DNA of 64,000 nt from an uncultured bacterium (GTDB taxonomy: Bacteria > Armatimonadota > Abditibacteriia > Abditibacteriales > Abditibacteriaceae). Location: positions 62,001 through 126,000 of the forward strand of contig CAWJLW010000010.1 in the NCBI GenBank assembly GCA_963843795.1, read 5' to 3'. Positions 1 through 10,430 of the stretch are shown here, piece by piece. Numbering within the stretch: the first letter of the stretch is position 1; every line of letters starts with the position of its first letter. Under the pieces are notes generated by a model that was given only the letters and a program-made list of their open reading frames with translations, was not told where the DNA came from and did not search any database. A program made the position numbers and the translations under genes.

Positions 1-124
1 TAACGTGCTGGCAATAATCTAATCTATATACTTAATCTTGCTGTTAAATCGAGATAAATTAAATCAATTATTGCACAGTCATTTTCGGTTCACTGCAAAA
101 AGGTTTTTAAAGGAGTGCTACGTC

Positions 125-1026
125 ATGTTTCTAAACAGAGAAGTCGAACTTTCACCCGCTGAAGCTAACACTTCATTACCACGCCAGACCATTCAGTTCA
201 AAAAAGGTTTTACCTTGATCGAGCTTTTGGTCGTCATCGCCATAATTGCGATATTGGCGTCGATTTTGTTTCCGGTTTTTGCACGCGCGCGCGAAAATGC
301 GCGGCGCACAACGTGTTTAAGCAACTTGAAGCAACTTGGTTTGGGAATGATGCAGTACACACAGGATTATGATGAAAAGTTTCCGCAGCCTCATAGTACT
401 TCTGGGAGTTACGGTAACTTCCAATATTTCCGTCCCTTTCCACCTAACGCAGTTAGCGGCACATTGAACCCGGCATATGACACGACGTGGGCTGCGGTAT
501 TGCTACCTTATACCAAAAGTCCGCAGATTATGAGTTGTCCTTCGCAGCAGTCGCTCGATTGGTATACCAACACTTCTACTTTCGCAATTAAGATGCCGGT
601 AAGCTATACCTACAATCGATTGCTGGCATGGCATAAAATGTCTGTAATGGCGCAACCCACGACTTTGGTAATGATGCACGAGGCTTTCGGCCAGCAAGCA
701 TGGACGAGCGCGGTAACTTCGTATCCTCATATGAATGGTGGGACTGATGATTCCGTATATGGCCCAACAAAGCCTTACAGCTATAATCAGTCTGGAGGCT
801 GCGTTTGGTATACGGGTTTTTCAGGGGAACCGGAGTGGTCGTTTACCAAAATTCATAAAGCACTAGCAGCTTTTTATATGCTGATGGTCATGTAAAAGCG
901 ATTAATCCGTTTGGTGGATTTCCCCATCCGTACGCCAGAGCTACACCAGATGGAGGAGTTGCTTCGCGTTGGGTATACGCTGATGGCTGTACTGCTCTGT
1001 GGGTTCCCGAGGCTGATCCTTCCTAA
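125..1026 (+). CDS. Prepilin-type N-terminal cleavage / DUF1559 / H-X9-DG domain protein, with a 1-bp frameshift near 860
   Basis: AGGAG at 111-115 before ATG 125. Motif [59 protein letters not shown]. The C-terminal FLYADGHVK lies in another frame ending at TAA 1024-1026. Confidence 0.85.
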
Positions 1027-1108
1027 AGAAGACAATAAAAGTTCTGGTTTGGAATTCTTGTAAAAGAGTTCTAAATCAAGATGTAATCAAAATCAAGAGA
1101 GGATTTTT

Positions 1109-1303
1109 ATGCATATCAAAGTTTGGAAGCGCTTGTTTCAACTTTCAATTGCCACGATCGCAGCAATTTTAGTGACAGGTTGTTCAAGTTCTCAGGAAGC
1201 TCCAGTCAATGCTGAGACTTCTGCTGGCAATTCAAATAATGTCAGCTTGCAACAGGAGAAGGGCGCAGCACCTGATCCAAAGATGCGCGAACTCAAAGAT
1301 TAA
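1109..1303 (+). CDS. Small lipoprotein
   Basis: GAGAGG upstream; basic N-terminus, hydrophobic core and lipobox LVTG-C; follows the DUF1559 gene. Confidence 0.7.
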   Translation: MHIKVWKRLFQLSIATIAAILVTGCSSSQEAPVNAETSAGNSNNVSLQQEKGAAPDPKMRELKD

Positions 1304-1420
1304 TTACGCAGTGTTCTTAAGAGACTTGCACATAATACGAAATACCCGGCTTGGATTGAAGTCGGGTGTTGTAGTGTGTCACGATTCACAATTTCGTTAA
1401 CTCACACTCACGTCAAAAAT

Positions 1421-1460
1421 CCAATAAGCCTCCTGCAAGTACTTGCAGGAGGCTTATTGG
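1421..1460. terminator. 40-bp perfect palindrome centred on GCAAGTACTTGC; probable bidirectional terminator
   Basis: CCAATAAGCCTCCTGCAAGT|ACTTGCAGGAGGCTTATTGG between convergent genes, with A-run before and T-run after. Confidence 0.75.
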
Positions 1461-1474
1461 TTTTCATCTACAAT

Positions 1475-2029
1475 TTAAACGCCGCTCAGAGCGACGCCGT
1501 TGGTTTCATAGCCGTTGGGATTGTAGCCGGGCAAAGCGGTGTGGGCATTGGCAGCGTTAGCAGCCAGCACGTCCTCGACTTCGCTCACCGAAATGTTGCC
1601 GTTATCGGGCTTGGTAATATCGGGAGTGAAAGCGGTGACTTCATGCGCCATGCGTGTGGGCAACATCGTCGTGCCATTGTCGTATTCCAGTCCGCGACGC
1701 AGCACACAGGTTTCGATTTCCTGAAGGCCGAAAGCCTCACTGAGATATTTGCAGGTCAGAACGGGATCGAATTCCTTGCAGGAAAATACGTCGATAGCGA
1801 CTTCGCCACGTTCGGGAAAAGTGTGAACCGAAATGTGCGATTCGGCGATCATCACAAAACCGCTGATGCCCCAATCTTCGGGCGAAACGCCGACGTAGCG
1901 GGTGACCATCGGCGGCATAATTTTCGTCATGTTGATGCGGCCCGGCAAGGTGTCGAGCAGATCATATAAAGCGGGCAAATCTTGCAACTTGTGCCAGTCG
2001 CCGCGACGTCCTTCAATTACCAAATGCAT
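1475..2029 (-). CDS. speD: Pyruvoyl-dependent S-adenosylmethionine decarboxylase family proenzyme
   Basis: GISGFVMIAESHISVHTFPE...IDVFSC contains the ES cleavage site; AAGGAGG precedes ATG 2029 (MHLVIEG). Confidence 0.85.
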   Translation of the reverse strand: MHLVIEGRRGDWHKLQDLPALYDLLDTLPGRINMTKIMPPMVTRYVGVSPEDWGISGFVMIAESHISVHTFPERGEVAIDVFSCKEFDPVLTCKYLSEAFGLQEIETCVLRRGLEYDNGTTMLPTRMAHEVTAFTPDITKPDNGNISVSEVEDVLAANAANAHTALPGYNPNGYETNGVALSGV

Positions 2030-2256
2030 TGTGGCTGCCTCCTTAGCAGTTGGCAGGGCTTTGTGGCCCCAGCCAAAACCAGCCCGACCGTGGAAGAATC
2101 GAAACCCTTTTCGCGCTGCTTGCATTGCGAAAATTTCTGTTCCGAAACTTTTTCTTACCGGGCCACACTCCTTTCGCGACTATAGAAAATAAACGCTCCC
2201 GCGCCGCGTGACGGGAAACATCTTCTCGACCTTTACAGCAATTTTGTGACACCAAC

Positions 2257-2292
2257 GTGAACGACGTTGTGAACGACGTTATGAACGACGTT
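2257..2292. repeat. 3 x 12-bp tandem repeat (G/A)TGAACGACGTT
   Basis: Units at 2257, 2269 and 2281, in the divergent speD / LptA-like spacer. Confidence 0.9.
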
Positions 2293-2580
2293 TCGCCGAT
2301 TTCCAAAGTCGAAAACGTATATTTTGGGTCACAAGAAAAGTCACACCAAAAAGGGCGTGACTTGATTGCGAACACGACGTTTTTCCGGCTGGTTTGCGGC
2401 AGAAATTAAAGCATAGCAATCGATGCATAAAATCACAATGCGTTGCCTATTTATTTCCAATTTATTTTTGTGATTACAGTCCTCCGTCCGCGCTGCAAGT
2501 ACTTGCAGCGCACGGGCGGAACATCAAAAGTGGCTCAAACGTCGAGACCAAAGCAAATAAGAGGTTAGACTGGAATCATC

Positions 2581-3567
2581 ATGGCTTTTTCTTTTGATCG
2601 TTCGCGTTTAGTAGGAATGCTGGTCTTTTCAGGACTCGCTTTAGTGGGCGTCTGGATAGTATCCGCGCCCACGATTTCGCAAGCACAACCGGCCACGACG
2701 CCTGCTGCCGCGCCCGCCAAAGGCAACGGCGCGATTCGCATTCGCAACGATAAAGCCAATGGCACGGCGTTTGTTGACTTGAAAAACGGAGTGCGTCGTT
2801 TAACCAAAGATGTCGTGGTGACCCAGGAAGGCGAAGATTTCATCTTGTATGCCGACGAACTCACGCACTACGAAAAGCAAAACGTCGCTATTGCGCGTCC
2901 TGTGGCCAACCAAACTCTGCGCGTTGAAAGCCGGGATTCCACCATTACGGGAAAACTGATTCGCGCCGATTTTGACAGCAAAACAATCACCATTACGCAA
3001 GAAGTTTTGATGCGCTCGCACGGCGAAAGCGATGGCGTGCAAGCCACTGCCGATGAGAAAAAAACCGGACGTTCGCTGCGCGGCGAAGTGCTGCACAAAG
3101 CCTCAAGCCTCACCTGCGACCGCATCGATTACAACTATGAAAATCAGCAAGCGCTGCTTACGGGCAACATTCGAATGCGACAGGGCGACAATTTCGGCAC
3201 TTGCGACCAGATCGTGTTCGACGAAGCGCGCAACATCGCTCATCTTATCGGCAATGTGAAGTTTACAAATGGCAATAAACAAACTTTCAACACGCCTGAT
3301 TTGACGTTATATATTGATGAAGATAAAATCAGCGCACCCAACGCCAACATCATAATTCCCAATCCCAAAGGGGAAAATGCCGATAAGCCTCGAGCGCCCA
3401 AAGTCGAGTTCGCGCCCGCGCCGGAATTGCCGGATGCAATTCGCAACGATCCTGAACTGCGACCACGCCCTACGCCCAGAGCCGCCGCGCCAGTTTTAGA
3501 AGAAGAAAAAGCTGCCGCGCCGCCTGAGCAAACCGATGCTAAAGCAGTCGAGAAAAGTGCTAATTAA
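2581..3567 (+). CDS. LptA/OstA-family beta-jellyroll periplasmic protein
   Basis: Signal peptide; repeats such as LYADELTHY, ITGKLIRADFD, LTCDRIDYNY, ALLTGNIRMRQG; Pro-rich tail. Confidence 0.75.
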   Translation: MAFSFDRSRLVGMLVFSGLALVGVWIVSAPTISQAQPATTPAAAPAKGNGAIRIRNDKANGTAFVDLKNGVRRLTKDVVVTQEGEDFILYADELTHYEKQNVAIARPVANQTLRVESRDSTITGKLIRADFDSKTITITQEVLMRSHGESDGVQATADEKKTGRSLRGEVLHKASSLTCDRIDYNYENQQALLTGNIRMRQGDNFGTCDQIVFDEARNIAHLIGNVKFTNGNKQTFNTPDLTLYIDEDKISAPNANIIIPNPKGENADKPRAPKVEFAPAPELPDAIRNDPELRPRPTPRAAAPVLEEEKAAAPPEQTDAKAVEKSAN

Positions 3568-3625
3568 GACCAGAAAAATTAAAAAATGGCGTTGCAAGTA
3601 CTTGCAGGCCATTTAATTCTCTCGC

Positions 3626-5758
3626 ATGGACGAAACCACCGAAGAAATTCGCCGCCGCGCCGATATTGTCGAAATTGTTGAAGGCTATATTTCGCTGAAG
3701 CCCGCCGGCAACAATCGCTGGAAAGCGTGCTGCCCGTTCCACGACGAAAAAACGCCTTCGTTTTACGTGTCGCGCGATAAGGGCTTTTACAAATGTTTCG
3801 GCTGTGGTGCAGCAGGCGATATTTTCAAATTCGTGCAGCAAATCGAAAACGTCGATTTTGTCGAAGCCCGCCGCACTCTGGCCGAAAAAACTGGCGTGCA
3901 AATTCGTTCTCAGCGCGATTATACCCCCGAACAACAACAAGTTTTCGCGCAACGCGACCGCTTGCTGCGCGTGACCGAAACCGCCGCCAAATGGTTTGAA
4001 GAACAATTGGCTTCTCAAGAAGGGAAAGAAGCTCGTGATTACGCGCGCAGCCGCTTAGCGCCCGCAACCATGCGCGCGTTTGGTATCGGTTACGCGCCGG
4101 ATGCGTGGGATGCGTGCCGTAATTTCTTGGTCAAGAAATACGGTTTCAGCGAAGACGATGGCGTCGCTTCCGGCTTGCTCATCGAAAAGCAGAACGACGA
4201 TGGCTCCAAGCGCACTTACGACCGTTATCGTCATCGTTTGATGTTCCCAATTTGGGACGAGCGCGGGCGCGTTATCGCCTTTGGCGGGCGTGCCCTGGAA
4301 GGTGGCAAAACGGGCACTCCCGAAGCCAAATACATCAATTCGCCCGAAGGCATTTTATTCAAGAAATCGCACACTTTGTATGGCTGGCATCTGGCACGGC
4401 CCGAAGTGGGCAAGCGCGAATCCATTATCATCAGCGAAGGCTATATGGACGCCATCGCGCTGCACGCGGCTGGATTCACCAATACCGTTGCCACTTTGGG
4501 AACGAGCCTAACCGATGGGCACGCACAAATGCTGAAACGCCTCGCGCCCAAAACGGTGTATTTGTGTTTCGATGGCGATGGCGCGGGTCTGAAAGCTGCC
4601 TTGCGCGCTGGACCATTGTTCGACGCGCACGATCTGGCGGTCAAAATTGTCGCGCTGCCCGATGGTCACGATCCCGATACTTTCATCAGCGAAATGGGAG
4701 CGGCGGCTTTCGAAAAGTTGCTCGATGAAGCGCGTTTGTTAGCACAATATCGCGTCGAGCGCGCGATTGGCGATTTTCATTTCGAGCGCATTTCGGATCG
4801 CGCCGAAGCTTTGCAAGAAGCCGCGTCGATTATCGCCGAAGTGCCGGGCGCGAGCGAACAGGAAGCCTATATCGCGTTTTTGGCGCAAAAGTGGGCGCAG
4901 CAGGAAAACGTGGTCGATGCCACGCGTTTGCAAATGATCGAAGCGGCTGTGCGTCGTCAGGTCAGTGCCGCCGCGCGCCAGAACGAACAGGATCGACGCA
5001 ACCAAAAACGGCGCGACCAAGAACGTTTTCAATTTAAACGCGCACAAGAAGAACGCGCTCAAAACGAAGATAACGATGCCGACTTGAGCGCGCAACTGGA
5101 CGCATTAGCGGGCGAGAAAACTGAACGACCAGCGTGGCAGGCCAGAAAGAAAACTGCGTGGCAACCGAATTGGCAGCCCAACGGCGGGCGCGGCGCGTGG
5201 CGCGATGGTTTGCGACGCGATGGCGACGGCGTGCCCGAAGCGCTGCACAACGCCGATGCTGGAGCCGATGCCGTCGATGAAGTCGTGGCGCAAACTTTGT
5301 CCACAGCCGCCGGTTCGCAGTCGGGCGCGACGCGTACCGAACGCTTACTATTAGGCGTGATGTTAAATGCGCCAAGCCAGCGCGCACGCGTCATCGAAGC
5401 CTTACCGGGCGCACTGTGGACGAGCGAAATTCACTACGAAATCGTCGCCCATTTGAAAACTTTGCCCGCCGATGAGCCCGTCGATCCACCACGTTTGCTG
5501 GACGAATTGTCGCCCGAAGCGGGCGGACTGGTCGGCGAATTGTTGTTGGGCGATGAATCTGAAACTCCGGCCACGTTGGAAGTAATCGACGATTGCATCG
5601 CGCGCATCGAAAATTATCACGCACGCCAACGTGAAGCGGAACTTCTGGGCATCATTCGCGGTAAGCTCGAACGTGGCGAAAGCGTCAGCGCAGAAGAGCG
5701 CACCGCATTGTTGCAGGCGACAATTGAAAGTGGACGGCGAGAAAAATCAGAAGCGTGA
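3626..5758 (+). CDS. dnaG: DNA primase
   Basis: CHC2 zinc finger (CPFHDEKTPSF...CFGC), KYINSPE, TOPRIM motifs EGYMD and FDGDGAG, DPD. Confidence 0.97.
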   Translation: MDETTEEIRRRADIVEIVEGYISLKPAGNNRWKACCPFHDEKTPSFYVSRDKGFYKCFGCGAAGDIFKFVQQIENVDFVEARRTLAEKTGVQIRSQRDYTPEQQQVFAQRDRLLRVTETAAKWFEEQLASQEGKEARDYARSRLAPATMRAFGIGYAPDAWDACRNFLVKKYGFSEDDGVASGLLIEKQNDDGSKRTYDRYRHRLMFPIWDERGRVIAFGGRALEGGKTGTPEAKYINSPEGILFKKSHTLYGWHLARPEVGKRESIIISEGYMDAIALHAAGFTNTVATLGTSLTDGHAQMLKRLAPKTVYLCFDGDGAGLKAALRAGPLFDAHDLAVKIVALPDGHDPDTFISEMGAAAFEKLLDEARLLAQYRVERAIGDFHFERISDRAEALQEAASIIAEVPGASEQEAYIAFLAQKWAQQENVVDATRLQMIEAAVRRQVSAAARQNEQDRRNQKRRDQERFQFKRAQEERAQNEDNDADLSAQLDALAGEKTERPAWQARKKTAWQPNWQPNGGRGAWRDGLRRDGDGVPEALHNADAGADAVDEVVAQTLSTAAGSQSGATRTERLLLGVMLNAPSQRARVIEALPGALWTSEIHYEIVAHLKTLPADEPVDPPRLLDELSPEAGGLVGELLLGDESETPATLEVIDDCIARIENYHARQREAELLGIIRGKLERGESVSAEERTALLQATIESGRREKSEA

Positions 5759-5797
5759 AAAAAAATATGCTGCAAGTACTTGCAGCGCACTTTTATC

Positions 5798-6967
5798 TCA
5801 CAACCAATTTTTTATCGCATCTGCCAACTGATCAATATCATCACGCGTGTTCATAAAATGTGCGGATGAGCGAATCCACAAGCCGCCGTCGAAATCGTTG
5901 CGCAGAGAAAGCGCGAAACGTTCTTCCAAATGTTCGGATAGCGCTCGCATATCGCCATCAATTTGAAACGAAACGCTGCCCGAACCGTGGGATTCATTGA
6001 ACAAAACACGGCAGCCAATTTCTTGCAACTTTTCAATTGAGTAAGCGCGCAAATCGAGCACGCGGCGCGCGATGGTTTCCTGTCCGAAATCGGCCAGAAA
6101 GCCCAACGCGGCATCCAAGCCACAAATGCCTACGGCGTTGCGTTCGCCGGGTTCAAAGCGTTGGCCGTTGGGAAACGGCTCGGTTTCATAGGCGAAAAAG
6201 TTTTCCATATTAGGCGCGGAAAGCCAGCCCAGCATCGCCGGACGCAGCGTTTCCAGCACGCTTTGGCGCGTCCACAAAATCGCCACGCCCGCTGGCCCCA
6301 AAAGCCATTTGTGAGCATCGGCACAGACGAAATCGACGTGCGACACGTCCAAAGGTAACGCGCCCAGCGTTTGAATCGCATCGACACAAAACAAAACGTT
6401 TTTTTCGTGCAGCCATGCGCCAATTGTTGCAGTGTCGATTAATGTGCCAGAAAGAAAATTGGCACTGGACAGGCTGACGATGCGCGTGCGTTCATCCACC
6501 AGAGGTTGCACATCTTCGAGAGTGACTGCGAAGTTTTCGCGGCGCGGAACCAGGCGCACTTCGACACCATATTTGAATTTCAAATTGAGCCATGTCACCA
6601 CATTGGCGGGAAAATCGCCATCGGCAACAACGCAATTATCGCCCGCTTTCCAATCAATGGAAGTAGCGACGATGCCCAAAGCATGTGATGTCGAACCGGC
6701 GAAAGCAATTTCGCTGGCGTTGCCTGCAGGAGTCAGTAAATTGGCGGCGCGTTGACGGCAGCGATCTTGAGTGTCCTGGTTGAGAAAATAATATTGGCCT
6801 TGCGTCGCCGCTTTATGTGCGTGCGCACAAATGGCATCGCTAACGGTTTGCGGGAGGGGCACAATAGCGGCGTGATTAAGCAGAATTTTGTGCGCGAAAA
6901 AGGGGAATGCTTGCACGCGCCACTGGTGAAAAGCGTCAAGATCGTGTTCGATGGCAGAAATATTCAT
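5798..6967 (-). CDS. PLP-dependent class V aminotransferase (cysteine desulfurase-like)
   Basis: LNHAA, VDAIQTLG, DAHKWLLGPAG, RFEPG, SAHFMN; start set at MNISA. Confidence 0.88.
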   Translation of the reverse strand: MNISAIEHDLDAFHQWRVQAFPFFAHKILLNHAAIVPLPQTVSDAICAHAHKAATQGQYYFLNQDTQDRCRQRAANLLTPAGNASEIAFAGSTSHALGIVATSIDWKAGDNCVVADGDFPANVVTWLNLKFKYGVEVRLVPRRENFAVTLEDVQPLVDERTRIVSLSSANFLSGTLIDTATIGAWLHEKNVLFCVDAIQTLGALPLDVSHVDFVCADAHKWLLGPAGVAILWTRQSVLETLRPAMLGWLSAPNMENFFAYETEPFPNGQRFEPGERNAVGICGLDAALGFLADFGQETIARRVLDLRAYSIEKLQEIGCRVLFNESHGSGSVSFQIDGDMRALSEHLEERFALSLRNDFDGGLWIRSSAHFMNTRDDIDQLADAIKNWL

Positions 6968-7062
6968 AGGCAAAGTATGAAGCGCACTGCAAGTACTTGC
7001 AGTGCGTGGGTGCAACCGTTTCGCGCTTTCGTGGTCGTAATGGCTTGATAAATTCGTTTATT

Positions 7063-10000
7063 ATGCCCAAATTATTTTCCTATTTCACACGTCACACCAC
7101 CCGCGCCTTACTCGTGTGCGCTGCGTCGTTGTTCGTTTCCATAGTGCGTGCACAAGACGAAAAAACGGTGAAAATTGAAGGCGTCAATCCGCAGTTGTGG
7201 GACAAAGCGCACAAAATTTTGGTCGATAATTGTTTGATGTGTCACGGCGAAAAAAAGCCCAAAGCGGGTTTGCGTCTGGACACGCGTGCGGGCGTGCTCG
7301 CAGGCGCGGGCACCGGGCCGGTCGTGATCGAAAACGATCCTAAAAAAAGCCCGTTAGCACAAGTGCTGCGTCCGGGCCACGAAGTGCAAATGCCGCCCAA
7401 AGGCGCGCTCAAAGAAGAGGAAATCGCAGCCATCGAGGCGTGGATTCGAGCCGGCTTTCCCTTTGCCAACGAACCGACAACAGTTAATACAACTGCTTCC
7501 CCAGACAAGTTGGATGCGCAAACCGTCGAGTTTTTTGAAACCAAAGTGCGTCCGGTTTTGGCCAACAATTGCTATTCGTGTCACGGCGAAAAAAAGCAGA
7601 TGGCCAGTTTGCGCGTCGATTCCAAAGCCGCGCTGCTCAAAGGTTCCGATAACGGGCCGGTTTTGGTGCCGAATGATCCCGATGGCAGCAAAATGATTCA
7701 GGCGATCCGGCATTCCGGCCAAATTAAAATGCCGATGGGCCAGCCCAAATTGCCCGCTGCCGATATTGCCAATTTAGAAGCGTGGGTTAAAATGGGCGCG
7801 CCGTGGCCTGGTGGCGAGGTTTCGGCGGCTGCGTTGGCTGCAGCGAAAAATGGCGAATATGTGATTACGCCCGAACAGCGCGCGTTCTGGTCGTTTTCGC
7901 CCGTGCGCAATTATGCGCCGCCCAAAGTGAAAAATGGCGGTTGGGCGACTTCGCCGGTTGATAATTTCGTTCTTGCGGCGCTGGAAAAGCGTAATCTGAC
8001 GCCCAATAAAATGGCCGACCGGCGTACCTTAATTCGCCGCGCGACTTACGATTTGCATGGTTTGCCGCCATCGCCCGCTGAAGTGGAAGCGTTTGTAAAT
8101 GATAAAGCTCCGGACGCGTGGGCCAAAGTTGTGGACAGGCTTTTAGCATCGCCGCGTTACGGCGAGCGTTGGGGCCGTCACTGGCTCGACATCGCGCGCT
8201 ATGCCGATACCAAAGGCTATGTTTTTGAGGAAGATCGGCGTTACGAACACGCTTACAATTACCGCGATTGGGTGGTGCGCGCCTTCAACGAAGACTTGCC
8301 TTATGACCAGTTCATCATTCAGCAATTGGCCGCCGACCGGTTGGTGATGGATGATGTAATGGGCAATCCGCGACCTTTGGCCGCTCTGGGTTTTTTACGC
8401 GTCGGACGTCGTTTTTTGAACAGTCAGCCCGATATTATTGATGACCGCATCGATACGACGATGCGCGGTTTTCAAGGTTTAAGTACGGCGTGCGCGCGTT
8501 GTCACGATCACAAATTCGACCCCATTCCGACCAAAGATTATTATTCGTTATATGGCGTTTTCGCTTCTTCAACCGAACCGCCGCCTCAACCAATTTCGCC
8601 CAAAGAAATTTCGCAGCCGTGGTTGGACAATCAACAGAAAATCCGCGACGCGCAGGGTGAAGCCGATAATTTGCTGCGAGAAACCGTCAAGCAATTGCGC
8701 GAACGCGTGAAAAACAAAGAAGAATTGCCCGAAGAAGTGACCAAAACTTTGGCCGGTTTGCGCGAAGGTCAATTACCCAATGGAGATCAAACAGGCAAAT
8801 TAGAAGCATCGTTTCCCATTGAAGCGCGCGAGAAATGGAAAAGTCTGAACGCGAGTTTGGATACGCTGCGTAAAAATGCGCCACCGACGCCGGAACTGGC
8901 GATGACGATGGCTGATGCGGACAAACCGGTCGAACAACATATTTTCAAGCGCGGTAATCAGGGCAATCAGGGTGATATCGCGCCGCGCCGTTTCCACGCG
9001 ATTTTGAGCAACGGCGAGCGGCCCGAATGGAAAGGCAGCGGACGTTTGGAATTGGCACAGGCAATTGCCTCCAAAGAGAATCCGCTAACAGCGCGCGTGA
9101 TGGTTAATCGCTTGTGGCAGCATCATTTCGGGGCTGGTCTGGTGCGCACGCCAAGCGATTTTGGCACGCGCGGCGATAAGCCCACGCATCCCGAATTGTT
9201 GGATTATCTGGCCAAAAGTTTCATGGATAATGGCTGGTCAATCAAGAAAATGCAACGTTTGATGATGCTTTCCAGCAGCTATCAACAAAGCAGCGATTGG
9301 AACAACCAGAGTTTCCAGGCCGACCCGGAGAACTTGCTTTTATGGCGTCAGAATCGGCGGCGTTTGGAATACGAAGATATTCGCGATTCGCTCCTGCTGG
9401 TCGCAGGCCAGTTGGACGACAAAATTGGTGGGCCAGCCGTTGATGTGTGGCAAGCGCCTTATTCCAAGCGCCGTACTTTGTATGGCGTTATCGAGCGCCA
9501 GAACTTACCGGGCATTTTTCGTACTTTCGATTTCGCCAGTCCCGACAGCAGCAGCGCACAGCGTTTTCGCACTACCGTTCCGCAGCAGGCGTTGTTCATG
9601 ATGAACAACGACTTCGTTATCGAGCAGGCTCAGGCGCTGGCCAAAGCCCCGCAAGTACTTGCAGCAACCAATGACGATGCGCGCGTACGCGCCATTTATC
9701 GTCAATTGTTTGAACGCGCACCCAATGAGCCAGAACTCATGTTGGCCCGCAAGTACTTGCAGAGCGCCAATGCGCCCACTAAACCCGTTGCCGCTGCGCT
9801 TGAATTGTGGAGTTACGGTTATGGCGGCTGGGACGAAGCGGGCAAAAACGTGAAATTCACGCCGCTGGCAATGTTCAAAGATAATCAGTATCGCGTTGGC
9901 GAGAAAATGCCGGACGACGCGCTGGGTTACGTCAGCCTCAGCAACAACGGCGGCCATCCCGGACACGACGCAAGTCACGCCGCAATTCGGCGTTGGACGG

Positions 10001-10380
10001 CGCCGCAAGATGCCACGATTTCAATTACGGGCCAAGGCAATCATCCCGCCGAACAGGGCGATGGTGTGGAACTCAGCATCGTTTCCAGCCGCGGCGGAAC
10101 GTTAGGTAGTTGGGTCGCGTTTCATGGCAAAGCAGAAACCAAAATCGAAAAAATTGAAGTCAAAAAAGGCGATACAATTGATTTCATCGCCAGTCCACGT
10201 AGCGGCGATGGTTTTGATTCGTTCACTTGGAGCGTGTCGATTGCAAACGCCGACGGCAAAGTTTCATGGGATTCGACAAGCGGTTTTCGCGGGCCTTTGG
10301 CTCCTTTAGCACCATTGAATGCGTGGGAACGTTATGTGCAAGTGTTGCTGATGAGCAACGAATTTTTCTTTATTGATTGA
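7063..10380 (+). CDS. Planctomycete cytochrome c / DUF1549 / DUF1553 (PSD1) protein
   Basis: CxxCH motifs CLMCH, CYSCH, CARCH; YGERWGRHWLDIARYAD; NPLTARVMVNRLWQHHFG; PTHPELLDYLA. Confidence 0.9.
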   Translation: MPKLFSYFTRHTTRALLVCAASLFVSIVRAQDEKTVKIEGVNPQLWDKAHKILVDNCLMCHGEKKPKAGLRLDTRAGVLAGAGTGPVVIENDPKKSPLAQVLRPGHEVQMPPKGALKEEEIAAIEAWIRAGFPFANEPTTVNTTASPDKLDAQTVEFFETKVRPVLANNCYSCHGEKKQMASLRVDSKAALLKGSDNGPVLVPNDPDGSKMIQAIRHSGQIKMPMGQPKLPAADIANLEAWVKMGAPWPGGEVSAAALAAAKNGEYVITPEQRAFWSFSPVRNYAPPKVKNGGWATSPVDNFVLAALEKRNLTPNKMADRRTLIRRATYDLHGLPPSPAEVEAFVNDKAPDAWAKVVDRLLASPRYGERWGRHWLDIARYADTKGYVFEEDRRYEHAYNYRDWVVRAFNEDLPYDQFIIQQLAADRLVMDDVMGNPRPLAALGFLRVGRRFLNSQPDIIDDRIDTTMRGFQGLSTACARCHDHKFDPIPTKDYYSLYGVFASSTEPPPQPISPKEISQPWLDNQQKIRDAQGEADNLLRETVKQLRERVKNKEELPEEVTKTLAGLREGQLPNGDQTGKLEASFPIEAREKWKSLNASLDTLRKNAPPTPELAMTMADADKPVEQHIFKRGNQGNQGDIAPRRFHAILSNGERPEWKGSGRLELAQAIASKENPLTARVMVNRLWQHHFGAGLVRTPSDFGTRGDKPTHPELLDYLAKSFMDNGWSIKKMQRLMMLSSSYQQSSDWNNQSFQADPENLLLWRQNRRRLEYEDIRDSLLLVAGQLDDKIGGPAVDVWQAPYSKRRTLYGVIERQNLPGIFRTFDFASPDSSSAQRFRTTVPQQALFMMNNDFVIEQAQALAKAPQVLAATNDDARVRAIYRQLFERAPNEPELMLARKYLQSANAPTKPVAAALELWSYGYGGWDEAGKNVKFTPLAMFKDNQYRVGEKMPDDALGYVSLSNNGGHPGHDASHAAIRRWTAPQDATISITGQGNHPAEQGDGVELSIVSSRGGTLGSWVAFHGKAETKIEKIEVKKGDTIDFIASPRSGDGFDSFTWSVSIANADGKVSWDSTSGFRGPLAPLAPLNAWERYVQVLLMSNEFFFID

Positions 10381-10430
10381 ATCAAATCGTAGGGAGGTCG
10401 TAAACCTGCTCCTGCGATTGGGAAACCATT

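Noticed and set aside
1376..1969. 197-aa plus-strand ORF and the many other antisense or overlapping ORFs
   Set aside because: Shadows of well-supported genes in GC-rich sequence, with no motifs.
2150..2180. SAM-I or spermidine riboswitch upstream of speD (GGAG…TGGCCC resemblance)
   Set aside because: The other hallmark segments (AUC…GAG, GCAACC, GUGC) are not visible; kept only as a generic leader finding.
6968..7062. N-terminal extensions of ORF-track calls (e.g. starts at 6997, 7015, 15051, 24681, 35088, 42468, 55648, 58741)
   Set aside because: They start at TTG/GTG/ATG within or across the palindrome; downstream ATGs with better SD or domain boundaries were used.
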